Source: an uncultured Paraprevotella sp. (lineage in GTDB: Bacteria > Bacteroidota > Bacteroidia > Bacteroidales > Bacteroidaceae). From it: 64,000 bases of DNA. Below are positions 11,501-22,400 of the stretch, in pieces; position 1 is the stretch's first letter; the number at the start of each line of letters is the position of its first letter. The notes below the pieces were generated by a model, which searched no databases, had not been told where the DNA came from, and saw only the letters and a program-made list of their open reading frames with translations. The position numbers were made by a program, and so were the translations under genes. Location of the stretch: positions 1,680 through 65,679 of the forward strand of contig CALUNJ010000002.1 of NCBI GenBank assembly GCA_944321975.1, in the 5' to 3' direction.

Positions 11501-11834
11501 CTTGATCTTCAAGCTGGAGAGCGTGAAACTCTTCGACGCGATGGTGGACAAAATCAACACCCAGACCGTGAGCGTCCTGATGCGCGGACAGATTCCCGTG
11601 CAGCAGCCCGAGCAAGTGCGCGAGGCCGCGCCGGAGCAGCCGCGCCGCCAGGAGAAGTACGTGGAGTCGCGCGAAGACCTGACCGACCCCAACCAGGAAG
11701 CAGCCGCCGCACAAGACACGCGCGAACCTCAAAAGCCCCAGCCCGTGGTGGCCGAGAAGCTGCCGGGACGCAACGATCCTTGTCCTTGCGGGAGCGGGAA
11801 GAAGTTCAAGAACTGCCACGGCCGTGGATTGTAA
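8538..11834 (+). CDS. secA: Preprotein translocase subunit SecA
   Basis: [42 protein letters not shown] motif [13 protein letters not shown]. Confidence 0.98.
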   Translation: MDINKFLSKLFGNKSTRDMKLIQPLVEEVKKAYPAIQALSNDELRAKTQEVRKYVQSSADDIKAKIAEVKAKVEETPIEDRSSLFSQIDKLEKEVLERYEKALNEVMPVVFSIVKSTAERFATHEEVCVTANDFDRELAAKHDFVDIQGDTAHYHNHWMAGGNDTVWNMVHYDVQLFGGVVLHQGKIAEMATGEGKTLVATLPVFLNALTGNGVHVVTVNDYLAKRDSEWMGPLYMFHGLSVDCIDKHQPNSEARRRAYMADITFGTNNEFGFDYLRDNMATNPKDLVQRAHNYAIVDEVDSVLIDDARTPLIISGPVPKGDDQLYEQYQPLVERLVGVQRQLATQYLAEAKQLIASGDKEKVEQGFLQLYRSHKALPKNKPLIKYLSEQGIKSGMLKTEEIYMENNNKRMPEAVEPLYFVVDEKLNSVDLTDKGFAWLANATSDPDLFVMPDITSEMAALEADKSLNDEERVIKKDQLFSDYAVKSERMHTLQQLLKAYTMFNRDDEYVIIDGEVKIVDEQTGRIMEGRRWSDGLHQAVEAKEHVKVQAATQTFATITLQNYFRMYHKLAGMTGTAVTEAGEFWSIYKLDVVEIPTNRPVARIDMNDRVYKTQREKYKAVIEEIESLIKAGRPVLVGTTSVEISEMLSKMLQMRKIPHNVLNAKLHQQEADIVAKAGQSSTVTIATNMAGRGTDIKLSDEVRKAGGLAIIGTERHESRRVDRQLRGRAGRQGDPGSSVFFVSLEDKLMRLFASERIAKVMDRLGFEEGEMIEHKMISNAIERAQKKVEENHFGVRKRLLEYDDVMNKQRTVIYEKRRHALMGERIGMDIANMIWDRCVHIIENNDYEGCKESFIEVMAMEVPFTEQEYNDTKREDLCEKAFQAAMERFRQKTDMLAAVAQPVIKQVYEAQGHMYENIMVPITDGRRIYQISTPLKEAYETESRSIVKAFEKAIMLHTIDEAWKENLRELDDLKHSVQNASYEQKDPLLIFKLESVKLFDAMVDKINTQTVSVLMRGQIPVQQPEQVREAAPEQPRRQEKYVESREDLTDPNQEAAAAQDTREPQKPQPVVAEKLPGRNDPCPCGSGKKFKNCHGRGL

Positions 11835-11869
11835 AAGTGGGTTTGTAACGTCTTATTTTGTATTTCTTG

Positions 11870-11909
11870 CAGGAGTGTGCTTGTTGATGTTGCATGCTCC
11901 TGTTTTTTT
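11870..11909 (+). terminator. Rho-independent terminator of secA
   Basis: CAGGAGTGTGC...GCATGCTCCTG stem followed by T7. Confidence 0.75.
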
Positions 11910-11957
11910 GTTATATTGGCGGCTGTTTTTTGAAAAGCGTTTTTCGTAGAATTTAAA

Positions 11958-13547
11958 ATGATGTTTATGAGAAGTTTTATTATGCGTTTGGTGATTTTGC
12001 CAATGTGGCTTTTATTTCTAATACCAGGTACAGTTTCTAGCTTTGAAGTGGATGGTATTTGGTATACTCCGCATCTTGATAATGAAAATGAGGTGCTTGT
12101 TGGTTCGATGAATAAGATGTTTTGGGGTGATGTGCTGATTCCTGCTACGGTATCTTATGAAGGAAAAAGTTACACGGTAACTGGTATTGCTGAATGGGCT
12201 TTTGATGGGTGTGTGGGTTTGACTTCGGTGGAGTTGCCTCCTACTTTGGAAGTCATAGGTCGTCATGCTTTTGCCGGGTGCATTCGTTTGTCTTCATTGG
12301 AGTTTCCTTCTTCTTTGAAATGTATAGATGAGTATGCTTTTTCTAATTGCAGCAGTTTGACTTCTTTGGCGCTACCTTCCACACTGGATAGTATTGGTGA
12401 TTATGTTTTTTCCGGTTGTTCGGGGCTGACTTCATTGCAATTGCCTCATGGCTCAACAAAGATGGGAGATGAGGTCTTTTTGCATTGTACAGGTTTGACT
12501 TCATTGGAAATACCGTCTTCGTGGGACGTAATCACGGCTGGTGCTTTTTCCGGTTGTACTGGATTAGCTTCTTTGAAATTACCTTCTACTTTGGTGGAAA
12601 TCAAAGAAAATTCTTTTAGCGGTTGTACAGGGTTGGTTTCATTAGAACTGCCTCCTTCTTTGAAATCTATTAGAGCAAATGCTTTTGGTAATTGCAGAGG
12701 TCTGACTTCGGTGAAAATGCCTGATTCACTGATTTCAATTGGGGCGTATGCTTTTACTGGCTGTATCAGTTTGATTTCAATGAAACTGCCTCCTGTTTTA
12801 AGAGAGATTGGTGAAGGTGCTTTTTATGGATGTTCTGCATTGCAATCCATTGTAATTCCTGCTTCAATAGAAAAAATGGGATTATGGGTCTTTAGATATG
12901 ATTCAGCACTGAAAGAAATGGTTGTATTATCAAAAGATGAAGAGGTCATCTCAAATTTGCAATGGGGCTTGAATCCATGCACAATTTATGGCGTTCCTGA
13001 AATGGATATATCCAATATGGAGAAGGTGAACTTGTTGAACGTCAAGGAGGTGGAGTTAGTTCGAAATCGTTTGTCTTTTGCTTTGGCGGATGTGGTAGAC
13101 ATTATGCAAATTCGTTCATTGGAAATGGAAGGGCAATATATGGAGGCAAATAAAAGTTCTTTTTATACTTTTAAGAATGTACTCCACAAAGAAGAATATG
13201 AATTGACTGTATATGCAGATATTTATGGGGAAATATATCCGTTTAGTCTTAAGATTACGTCACAGGAAAGTACAGACGTACCGGGGAAAAAGTTGGAAGT
13301 AAATGGTTTGCAGGTCGATTTGTGTAAAAAGAGCATAGGTAATGACATTTGGTTACGCATAATGGGTAACGGTGAAGACGTGAAATGGAGTTTGGTAGGT
13401 ATTGGAGGCGAAATCATTGAAACTGGGACGGTTTCGGCCGATAGCAATTGGCATATGTTGAATAATATATTTCCTTCTGGCGGTTTTTATTTGTTGAGTA
13501 TATGTAATGGACAAGAGACGAGGAGTTTTAAGTTGTGTTCTTATTAA
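11958..13547 (+). CDS. BspA-type leucine-rich repeat surface protein with T9SS-like C-terminal domain
   Basis: About ten 23-aa repeats (AF.GC..LTS..LP.SL..IG), FEVDGIWY N-cap, signal peptide, C-terminal GFYLL...SFKL; visibly AT-rich. Confidence 0.88.
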   Translation: MMFMRSFIMRLVILPMWLLFLIPGTVSSFEVDGIWYTPHLDNENEVLVGSMNKMFWGDVLIPATVSYEGKSYTVTGIAEWAFDGCVGLTSVELPPTLEVIGRHAFAGCIRLSSLEFPSSLKCIDEYAFSNCSSLTSLALPSTLDSIGDYVFSGCSGLTSLQLPHGSTKMGDEVFLHCTGLTSLEIPSSWDVITAGAFSGCTGLASLKLPSTLVEIKENSFSGCTGLVSLELPPSLKSIRANAFGNCRGLTSVKMPDSLISIGAYAFTGCISLISMKLPPVLREIGEGAFYGCSALQSIVIPASIEKMGLWVFRYDSALKEMVVLSKDEEVISNLQWGLNPCTIYGVPEMDISNMEKVNLLNVKEVELVRNRLSFALADVVDIMQIRSLEMEGQYMEANKSSFYTFKNVLHKEEYELTVYADIYGEIYPFSLKITSQESTDVPGKKLEVNGLQVDLCKKSIGNDIWLRIMGNGEDVKWSLVGIGGEIIETGTVSADSNWHMLNNIFPSGGFYLLSICNGQETRSFKLCSY

Positions 13548-13727
13548 TATTTTTGGTATGGTAGTTTGATTAAAAATATTAGATTGAGTTTTCATAGGTT
13601 TTATATTGCAAAAAAACTCCTATGAAGGTTAGGCGAAAAGATGGCTTTCCGGAAGAGTGGAGGCATGCCGGCTGGAGCGGTGTGCCTTCACTCTTTCTTT
13701 ATGGGTGTTTCCGAATCTGGAATGAAG

Positions 13728-13823
13728 CTCAAGAAGCGTGCGGATTTTCCTCTTGAGATTCACATTTTTTATTCAAGCGAGAAAAAGATTTTTCGCTTGA
13801 GGAATTTTTTCCTTCTTCAGACA
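13728..13823. repeat. 22-bp-period box element, copy 1
   Basis: Boxes at 13728 CTCAAGAA, 13750 CTCTTGAG, 13772 TTCAAGCG, 13794 CGCTTGAG and a degenerate one at 13816; spacer ATTCACATTTTTTA. Confidence 0.8.
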
Positions 13824-14178
13824 GGCTGTGGATGACTTTCGGATTGTGGCGTTTTGCGTGGTTTGTTCTATTGGTAAATCCTTGTTTTATAAATGGATGA
13901 TGGCCCTGTGGTTTTTGATTTTTGAATCTGCTGTGCTTTTATGGTCATGACTTCGGGAGGTTGCCTTGGAGCGTGGGTCGTAAAAGGAGTGTGGAAGGGT
14001 TGGCCGGAATGGCGGAATCGGTGTGTGTGGCGGCGCCCTGGGCGCAGTGGCCGAAATGTTTTTTGTGCGTCTTTTTTCTGCAATCCGGATAAAATCCGTA
14101 TCTTTGGGCGTGGAATGGCGAAGAGGGGTGCGGGGTGCGTGCTGCGGAAAAACGAACAGGAAAACTTTAGTTTGATTC

Positions 14179-14928
14179 ATGGATATGCGAAAAATCTTTT
14201 TACTTGCCGCAACGGCTTTGTGGCTGGCGGGATGCAGTCCTGATGACGGGAACGGGGTGCCGGCCGACGAACTCCTGGCCGGGACGGAGTGGAAATACGG
14301 GACGCTCAGTGGCGATGACCGTCTCTATCCTGAGGACAATATCGGAACCGTGGTGGTCTATGACCCGGTGAGCGAATATTTCCCGGACGTGGAATACACC
14401 GGGGGGGAGGTGCGCAAGACCTGGGAACGGACCAGCGACACGGTGTGGGTGTCCGATGAACTCTATGGTGCCACGTTGTCTTTCGATGGCCGCCAGTGTG
14501 TGTTCCATGAGGAATATTGCAAAGACTTCAAGGTGACCCGCGAGGTGAGTTACGCGCAGACCCTCACTTATGTGCCGCGGAAGTATGTGAGCACGATAGG
14601 GCCGGTTCTCAGCCTGGAAGTCACGAGCGATGCCATCGTGATTTACCGGATGGATCCGGAGACGGGCCATTCGAGCGGAAGCGTGTACCGCCCGCTGAAG
14701 GATTTCCAATACACTTCCGTCTGGACCGAGAATGAGCCGGCGGATTATGGGACGGTGTTGCTCAGGCAGCACACTGAGACTTTCGGCTACCAACGCACGG
14801 ATCGCGAAGTGGTGCTCACCGGAGACGGCAAGAAGTGGGTGGGGACGATCGACTGGGACGATTGGACGGTGGATTTCATGCAGATCGTTCCGGAAAAGAA
14901 GGAAATGCCCACGTTCAGCCTGAAGTAG
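14179..14928 (+). CDS. Hypothetical lipoprotein
   Basis: MRKIFLLAATALWLAG|C lipobox followed by acidic SPDDG; TATCTTTG promoter motif at 14099. Confidence 0.75.
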   Translation: MDMRKIFLLAATALWLAGCSPDDGNGVPADELLAGTEWKYGTLSGDDRLYPEDNIGTVVVYDPVSEYFPDVEYTGGEVRKTWERTSDTVWVSDELYGATLSFDGRQCVFHEEYCKDFKVTREVSYAQTLTYVPRKYVSTIGPVLSLEVTSDAIVIYRMDPETGHSSGSVYRPLKDFQYTSVWTENEPADYGTVLLRQHTETFGYQRTDREVVLTGDGKKWVGTIDWDDWTVDFMQIVPEKKEMPTFSLK

Positions 14929-14978
14929 TGTCCGGCAGGGCTTCCTGCAGATTCTGCCGGTGGAGAGCGTGGAACGGC

Positions 14979-15024
14979 GAAGGCCGCCCCCGTGCGTGGG
15001 AGAACCACGCCGGGAGCGGCCTTC
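14979..15024. terminator. Stem-loop between convergent genes
   Basis: GAAGGCCGC...GCGTGG/CCACGC...GCGGCCTTC inverted repeat. Confidence 0.55.
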
Positions 15025-15079
15025 TCTTCTGGTGATAGAAAAACAATCTTTTTTTTGAGGAGGCTTTAGCGTCTTGCCG

Positions 15080-18000
15080 TCAAAGGGCGACCTTGAGCGT
15101 GGCCGAACGGCTGCCTTTCGTGGCCGAGATCATGTAGATGCCATGCACCAGCCCTCCGAAAGTGCCTTCCCCGTCGGCTTGGAACCGTGCCAGCTCCACT
15201 CCTGCGGCATCCGTGATGACGAGGGTCGTGCCGGCTTCCGCGCGATAGCGGATCTGTCCTTTTTCGGCATGGGCTTCGAAGCCGTCGAGCTTGGTGGCCG
15301 CGATGTGGCTGGCCGAGGGGACGAAGGAGGAGAGGGCGAACGCGCCGCCTTTCTTCCCGTTGTCGATGGCTTGCACGCCCCATTCGTAGGTGGCATCGGC
15401 ATCGTCGACATGCATGGAATAGGTCGTGGTGGTGATTTGCCCGGAAATCTCCCCGACTTTGACAAACCCGGTCTGCAGGTCGGCGGGCACGGTCATGAAG
15501 TAACCGTCCGTGCCGGCTTTTTTCAGATAGAGGTTATACTGCAGGGCGGCTTGCGGGGTCACGTCGTCGGTGGCAGCCTCCCAGGAGAAAGTGGCCATGC
15601 CCGTGGCCTTGTCGTAGGTGGCCTTCAGCCCTTTCGGTGCCGAGGGGGCCTCGTTGGCGGCTATGCCCGCGTCGGCCGACGTGTTGCGGTAAATTTCGGT
15701 GGCACATTCGTTCGAGCAGACATCGCTGTGCGCCCAGCCCATGTTCCAGGCGTCAAGGAACCCGTCGTTGTCAAAGTCGATCAGGTGGTTGTTGCCGTGC
15801 GAGATGCGGTGGAAGGTCCATGGCGCGCCGGTGTCGTAGTAACCGCCGCAGGACTTGAACGCGAAGTCGCCCCGGTTCAGATAGAGCCATGTGGTGATCT
15901 CGTGTGTGTCCCCGTGTCCGCCGGCCAGGATGTCGGGCAACCCGTCGTGGTTGACATCGCCGAAGGATGGCGTGCAGCCGTCGACTCCCTCGAAGCCGCA
16001 GAAGAGGTCGTCCAGCATCTCGAACGTGCGGTTGCCCAGGTTGCGGTAGATGTAGAACGACTTGCCGTTTTGGCCCTTGGTGGCGGAAAATCCGGTGACG
16101 AGGATGTCCATGTGCCCGTCGGCATCCAGGTCGCAGGGGAAACAGGACGAGTCATACGAGCCGTAGAAATATTGTCCGTTCTCGGAGAAAGTCCCGTCGC
16201 CGTTGTTCCAATAGATGCGCAGGTTGCCTTCGCCAGGCCCGTAGCCGGAGGAAACGATGTCCAGCCAGCCGTCGTTGTCCATGTCCGCGAAGTGCACGGA
16301 GCCTCTCGAAAGCCCGGTGAAAGGCTTCTCGCCGTCCAGCGGGGTTTCCTGGCGGATGAATCCTTTGCCTTGGTTGTTTTTGTAGAGGTAGAGCACGCGG
16401 CGGTCGTGGTGTACCACGGGCTTCCCGTTGTCGCCCACGAGGCCTTCGGTGTCTTCGTAATCATCCAGCCCGGCTATGACGAGGTCCAGCCAGCCGTCTT
16501 TGTCATAGTCGCCCACGGAGACGTAGTGGCGCGAACGCCCGCCGCCGAGTGAGCCATAGATGGGTGAAATGCCCATGAGGTTGCTTTCGGGCGTGGCTGC
16601 GTTCACTTCCTCGAAGACATATTTTCCGTCTGTTCCCGGCCCTTTGTTCTCATACAGATATGCGGCCACCTCGCTCAGGTCGTTGTCGTAGTCCATGGAT
16701 TTCACGCCCGGGAGGAAAAGGTCCATGAGCCCGTCGTTGTTGTAGTCGAACCACGTGGGGCAGGCATAGTACACCACGTCGAACGGGCTGGAGAGGCTGG
16801 TGAAAGAGCCGTCGCCGTCGTTGTCATAGAGGGCGGTGAACTTCTTGCGCGAAGTGATCCGCTCGTGTTCGTTGTTGCCGGAATAGGTCACTTCCAAGTA
16901 GCCGTCGTTGTCGAAGTCGCCCCACGCCGCGTTGGAACGGTCGGTGGAGTGGAGGAACTGTCCGCGGGAGACGGCCATGGCGGCCGGCTCGGCGGGCACG
17001 GGAAATTCCACTTGTTCGAAGGAGGGCACCGTGGGGTTGCCCGGTTCTGGCAGGTCGGCAAAATCCCTGTTGTTATATTCGTCATAGACTTCCTGGTATT
17101 GGAAATCCTTTTCGGAGAAGGCGGATATGCCTACGTCCACGATCTGTTCCCCGCTTCCCTGCACGCATTTCACGGCAATCAGGTTCCAGCTGTTGGGCTT
17201 GAGGGTCTGGCGTGCTTCGTCCGAGATGTCGTAGGGGATGTAGTTGGACACAGAGCCTTTCTTTGTGGCGGCCCACACGCCGTTGATGTAGATGTAGATG
17301 TCATCGTCATGATAAATCATGAAACGCATGCAGTCGATCATTTCCTGGGTGACATCGCCCAGGTAGAACCAGCGGCGCAGGTAGATTTGCGGGGTGGTCC
17401 AAGGAATGGAGATGAGCCCTTTTGTGTTTTCTAACGAACTCTTGCCGAACGCGGCCGTGCCTTTGACCCAGCGGAGGTCGTTGAACTCCTTGGCGAACCA
17501 GCGGCGGGGAGCGTCGTCGGTGGTGAGGAACCGCCACTTGTATTTATGCTCCTTGGCCGTGGAGACGATGGTTTGCGGGCGCACTCCGTTGTGCGGCATG
17601 CGGATGCACTCCTCGATCTTGGCCTTCAGTTCGCCGGTGGGCGAGTAGGGCTTCAGCACACGGCGGTCGTAGGTGTAGATGCCGTTTTTCTCGATTTCCA
17701 CGTCGGAAAGCTGGGTGTAGACGGCTGCGTTCATCCCGTAGTAGTAATAATCCTGGATCTGGTCGGCCAGCCTGTTGAACATGGCGGTGAAGTCTTCCGG
17801 ACGTTCCACCTCCGTGTAGCCGAAATCACCGCCCGGCCAGATGTGTCCCGGCACTTTCAGCGTGATGCCGCCATATTCCCCGCACACGGCGGCGCGGTCT
17901 GCGTCGAGCGGGCAGGAGGGGTAGGGGTAGCTGTGCGAGTCCTTGATGTCGCCGATGGCCGCGTCGTTCCATCCGCTGGCGCAGCAGACGAGGCTCTGGG

Positions 18001-19375
18001 GGCTGACCTGGTCAATGACGACTTGCGTCATGCGCTCGGTGTCGAATTGTCCCCATCCTTCGTTGAACACCACCCATTGCACGATGCTGGGATGGTTCTC
18101 GAAGGCGTCGATGATGCGGAGCGTCTCGTCCTCGAAGTTTTCCCGGGCAAAGGCTTCATATCCGGTGGGAAGTCCGGGGCTGGGCAGGTCTTGCCAGACG
18201 AGGATGCCCTCGCGGTCGCAGTGCATGTACCATCTGGAGGGTTCCACCTTGATGTGCTTTCGGATCATGTTGAATCCCAAGTCTTTCATCCCTTTCACGT
18301 CGAAAAGTAGTGCTTCGTCGCTCGGGGCGGTGTAGAGCCCGTCGGGCCACCAGCCCTGGTCCAAGGGACCCATTTGGAAAATCTGCGTGCCGTTGAGGAA
18401 GATGCGCGGGGTGCCATCCACCTTTTTCACCTCGATCTTGCGCATGCCGCAGTAACTCTTCACCGCGTCTGTCTCCGTGCCTTCCCGGGAAAGCCTGATG
18501 TCGAGGTCATAGAGGTAGGGATCGTCCGGCGACCATAGGTGTGGAGACTGCAGGGGCAGGCTGAGAGGTGTGTTGACAGCCACGCCTTGCATGGAGGCGG
18601 CCACATTGCCCTCCGCGTCGGTCAGCAGGACGTCGGCCGTGGCGCCTTCGGCAGATGTGGCGTTGACTTGGAGCTTGAAGCAGGAGTTGTCCACATCCGG
18701 TTCAATGGACAGCTTGGTGATGTGCGTGGCATTCACCGGCTCGAGCCACACGGTTTGCCAGATTCCGCTGACGGGAGTGTACCAGCATCCCCATTTGTTC
18801 AGGGCTTGTTTGCCTTTGGGCTGGCCTTCGGCACCGGTGTTGTCATGGATGTACACTTCGAGTTCCTGTTCGCCTTCTTCTTTCAGGAAAGGCGTGATGT
18901 TGAAAAAGAAGGGGTCGTAGCCTCCGGTGTGGCTTCCAACCTGTTTGCCGTTGACATAGACGATGGTTTCCCAGTCCACGGCATCGAAATGCAGCAGTAT
19001 GTTTTTTCCGTTCATGCTTTCGGGGATGGTCAAGGTGCGGCGGTACCAGTAGCATTGGTTGTCGCTCTCTTCCATGACACCGGAAAGGGCTGACTCGATG
19101 GGGAAGGGCACCAGGATCTTCCGGTCATAGACGAAGTCCGGGTCATAGGTTTCGTCTTCCGCGCCCTTTCTCAAGTCCCACACTCCGTTGAGGTTCATCC
19201 ACTCTTCGCGTTCCATTTGTGGGCGCGGGTACTCTCCCAGCACGTTGTCGGGATCGAGTGTTTCGCCCCACGGGGTGGTCATGGGGCCTTGTTTCGCTTG
19301 CCATTCTTGGGCACTTGCCGTCTGGAACCCGGAGAGGCACAGAAGGCTTGTTGCAATGATCTGTTTGATTTTCAT
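15080..19375 (-). CDS. Secreted GH2 glycoside hydrolase with FG-GAP/VCBS propeller, FN3-like domain and T9SS-like C-terminal domain
   Basis: EYPRPQM, LDQGWWPDGLYTAP, NHPSIVQWVVFNEGW, CGEYGG; seven D-x-[DN]-x-D-G-x-x-D repeats; C-terminal GIY...TLKVAL. Confidence 0.9.
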   Translation of the reverse strand: MKIKQIIATSLLCLSGFQTASAQEWQAKQGPMTTPWGETLDPDNVLGEYPRPQMEREEWMNLNGVWDLRKGAEDETYDPDFVYDRKILVPFPIESALSGVMEESDNQCYWYRRTLTIPESMNGKNILLHFDAVDWETIVYVNGKQVGSHTGGYDPFFFNITPFLKEEGEQELEVYIHDNTGAEGQPKGKQALNKWGCWYTPVSGIWQTVWLEPVNATHITKLSIEPDVDNSCFKLQVNATSAEGATADVLLTDAEGNVAASMQGVAVNTPLSLPLQSPHLWSPDDPYLYDLDIRLSREGTETDAVKSYCGMRKIEVKKVDGTPRIFLNGTQIFQMGPLDQGWWPDGLYTAPSDEALLFDVKGMKDLGFNMIRKHIKVEPSRWYMHCDREGILVWQDLPSPGLPTGYEAFARENFEDETLRIIDAFENHPSIVQWVVFNEGWGQFDTERMTQVVIDQVSPQSLVCCASGWNDAAIGDIKDSHSYPYPSCPLDADRAAVCGEYGGITLKVPGHIWPGGDFGYTEVERPEDFTAMFNRLADQIQDYYYYGMNAAVYTQLSDVEIEKNGIYTYDRRVLKPYSPTGELKAKIEECIRMPHNGVRPQTIVSTAKEHKYKWRFLTTDDAPRRWFAKEFNDLRWVKGTAAFGKSSLENTKGLISIPWTTPQIYLRRWFYLGDVTQEMIDCMRFMIYHDDDIYIYINGVWAATKKGSVSNYIPYDISDEARQTLKPNSWNLIAVKCVQGSGEQIVDVGISAFSEKDFQYQEVYDEYNNRDFADLPEPGNPTVPSFEQVEFPVPAEPAAMAVSRGQFLHSTDRSNAAWGDFDNDGYLEVTYSGNNEHERITSRKKFTALYDNDGDGSFTSLSSPFDVVYYACPTWFDYNNDGLMDLFLPGVKSMDYDNDLSEVAAYLYENKGPGTDGKYVFEEVNAATPESNLMGISPIYGSLGGGRSRHYVSVGDYDKDGWLDLVIAGLDDYEDTEGLVGDNGKPVVHHDRRVLYLYKNNQGKGFIRQETPLDGEKPFTGLSRGSVHFADMDNDGWLDIVSSGYGPGEGNLRIYWNNGDGTFSENGQYFYGSYDSSCFPCDLDADGHMDILVTGFSATKGQNGKSFYIYRNLGNRTFEMLDDLFCGFEGVDGCTPSFGDVNHDGLPDILAGGHGDTHEITTWLYLNRGDFAFKSCGGYYDTGAPWTFHRISHGNNHLIDFDNDGFLDAWNMGWAHSDVCSNECATEIYRNTSADAGIAANEAPSAPKGLKATYDKATGMATFSWEAATDDVTPQAALQYNLYLKKAGTDGYFMTVPADLQTGFVKVGEISGQITTTTYSMHVDDADATYEWGVQAIDNGKKGGAFALSSFVPSASHIAATKLDGFEAHAEKGQIRYRAEAGTTLVITDAAGVELARFQADGEGTFGGLVHGIYMISATKGSRSATLKVAL

Positions 19376-19394
19376 ATAATAGTAGGTTTTAGAG

Positions 19395-19428
19395 AAAAAA
19401 GCGGGTGCGGCCGCCGGCCCACACCCGC
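19395..19428 (-). terminator. Rho-independent terminator between the CBM gene and the GH2 gene
   Basis: - strand GCGGGTG...CACCCGC followed by T6. Confidence 0.65.
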
Positions 19429-19456
19429 CAGATGGTCTTTTTATTATTGGTGTCGT

Positions 19457-22400
19457 TTATTTCACAGCAAACTTCATGGTCTTCACGCCTTGTTGCCCGT
19501 CTGTGGCTTTCAGGATGTAGATGCCTTGCTTCAGGTTCTGTATGGTCGTTGTGCCGGCCGGGATGCTTTGGCTGGCCACCATCGTGCCGTCTGCGGCATA
19601 AAGCTCTACTTGGGTTTCCGTTGCCGTGCGGACTACGATCTGTCCGTTTGCCACGTAAGCCTGGATGTTTCCGGCTTCGTCGGTTGCCGAGCCGATTCCT
19701 TGCGGTCCTTGTCCTTCTTCCGGGTCGAGGTAGAGTCCGTAGATGTTGGATCCGATGTTGTCGCGGTCGGGCAGGTTGTAGACGATGTACAAGTCATGCA
19801 CGCCGGTCACGGTGGCCAGGTCTCCTCCGGTGGTCAGCTTGTTGCCCCAACTTCCGGTACCCTGTGCCCTGACTACGGCCACGGGCTCGTGTCCTTCAAG
19901 GGCGGCTGCCAGTTCGCTGACGTTGGTCACGTTGGCCCAGTCGATGTCGTCCAGGTCGATATAGAGCGAGTAGTTGGCTTCTTCCACCGTGCTGCCGATG
20001 TACGTCTTGTCGCAAGAGGCGTTGATGTATACCCGTTTGTAGTCGCCGTCCTTGAAGTCGATGCCGCGCCATGCCACGACCACTCCGGCCTTGGTGTACC
20101 CGATGTTGCTGCCTTCGCAGTGTGCGTCGCCGCTGACGGGCTTGATGATTTCCCATGCGGCTCCGGTCGTGGTGTCTACGCCCGAAGCGGCTCCCGATTC
20201 GCCGGTGGTGACAAACAATACCGCATGTTCAGAGGGCTGCTCGTTTTCGTATACGACTCCGCAGTCCGGGTTTTCGAACCATACGGAATCTTTCACCAGT
20301 TCGATCTTTTGCAGGTTGGTGGCGTCGCCCCACTTGATGAGCAGGTGATGGCTGCCCGTCACTTGTTCCAGCGCGGTGGCCACGGGGGCGAACTTGTTCC
20401 ATTCAGAGAGATTGATACCCATCCACGTGCGTGCGATCATGTTTTCCGGTTTCACCTCGTCGATGTAGAATTCCATGTATTCCGTGTAGCGTTCTCCTTC
20501 GTGTCCGACATAGGCCACCAGCTGTTTGTAATCGCCGTTTCCGAAGTCCACGGGATCAACAGATTTCACCACAAAACCTGCATTTGTAGCACTCCAGCAG
20601 CCCGTTTCGGTGTCGTAGCCTGCGTCTTTGTAGGGATCCTCTTCCGGATTCTCAGGCGTTTCCACGGCACGTGCGAACTTTGAACCGTCTATGGCGGTTG
20701 AGATGCTTGCATAGTCTTCCAGTTCGCTTGGCCAAGGCTGCAGGCCTTCGTTTTCTTCCGCCAGTGCGTCTTTATAGAACTTCACGGAACGCAGGTTGCC
20801 ATTGCCGTCGCGGAACGTGAGCCATACCTTCTGCACGCCCGTGGGCCGGGTGAAGCCTTCGCCTGTTTTCATGTTTTCGGCGAACATGTCAAACTGATGG
20901 TAACCGTAGGTCCTGTTCACTCGTATTTCAGTGAACGGCACGGCCTCTTCCGGTGTGGCTCCGGCACTGAGCACGACATACTTGGCTTCATCATATCCGC
21001 CCCAGCCGTTGGCATATTCCACGCCGGCGGCCTGGTAGGCGTTGCCGTCTGCGCCAAAGTCTATTTCACCCAATCCGATGACGGTGGTGTTGGATGTGTT
21101 CCCGATATTGCCGTATCCCACGTCGAATGTGGCATCCTGCACGATCTCGATGCGGCCGGCATTGTCTTTCATGAGCGAAATGTAGAGGTCGCCTGCTTCC
21201 GGTTGGGGTTCTTCCTGCTGTCCGCCTTCCGGGTCGAGGTAGAGTCCGTAGATGTTGGATCCGATGTTGTCGCGGTCGGGCAGGTTGTAAACGATGTACA
21301 GGTCATGCACGCCGGTCACGGTGGCCAGGTCTCCTCCGGTGGTCAGCTTGTTGCCCCAACCTCCGGTGCCCTGTGCCCTGACTACGGCCACGGGCTCGTG
21401 TCCTTCAAGGGCGGCTGCCAGTTCGCTGACGTTGGTCACGTTGGCCCAGTCGATGTCGTCCAGGTCGATATAGAGCGAGTAGTTGGCTTCTTCCACCGTG
21501 CTGCCGATGTACGTCTTGTCGCAAGAGGCGTTGATGTATACCCGTTTGTAGTCGCCGTCCTTGAAGTCGATGCCGCGCCATGCCACGACCACTCCGGCCT
21601 TGGTGTACCCGATGTTGCTGCCTTCGCAGTGTGCGTCGCCGCTGACGGGCTTGATGATTTCCCATGCGGCTCCGGTCGTGGTGTCTACGCCCGAAGCGGC
21701 TCCCGATTCGCCGGTGGTGACATACAACACTGCTTGTTCTGAGGGTTGCTCGTTGTCGTATACGACTCCGCAGTCCGGATTCTCAAACCACAGCGATTCT
21801 TTCACCAGTTCGATCTTTTGCAGGTTGGTGGCGTTGCCCCACTTGATGAGCAGGCGATGGCTGCCCGTCACTTGTTCCAGCGCGGTGGCCACGGGGGTGA
21901 ATTTGTTCCACTCTTGAATGTTGATGCCGGTCCACGTGCGTGCGATCATGTTTTCCGGCTTCACCTCGTCGATGTAGAATTCCATGTATTCCGTGTAGCG
22001 TTCTCCATCGTGTCCGATATAGGCCACCAATTGTTTGTAATCGCCGTTCCCGAAGTCGATTTCCTCCGTAGATTCCAGGATGAGGCCGTCGTTCGTGCCG
22101 CCCCAGCATTCTGTGTTGGTGTCATATTTCGCGTCCTTATACGGGTCTTCTTCCGGGTTTTCCGGTATTTCGCCCGAGCGCACGAATTGGGAACCGTCTA
22201 CGGCCGTGGCCAGTTGGTCGTAGCCTTCCATTTCGTTCACCCAAGGTTGTTTGCCTTCCTCTCCTTCGGCGAAGGCTTCTTCGTAGAATTTCACGGAGCG
22301 CAGGTTCCCGTTGCCTTCACTGAATGTGAGCCACACGTTCTGCACGCCCGTGGGCCGGGTGAATCCTTCGCCTGTTTTCATGTTTTCGGCGAACATGTCA

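Noticed and set aside
8520-11819. 1099-aa ORF antisense to secA
   Set aside because: Mirror-frame shadow of a strongly codon-biased gene; no motifs, unnatural H/V/L/G-rich composition
13641-13835. Short ORFs sharing FPLEIHIF / KKNVNRLR-like peptides (also 26146, 26228, 36187, 48540)
   Set aside because: The similarity comes from translating the non-coding 22-bp box element in various frames and strands, so this is not a protein family
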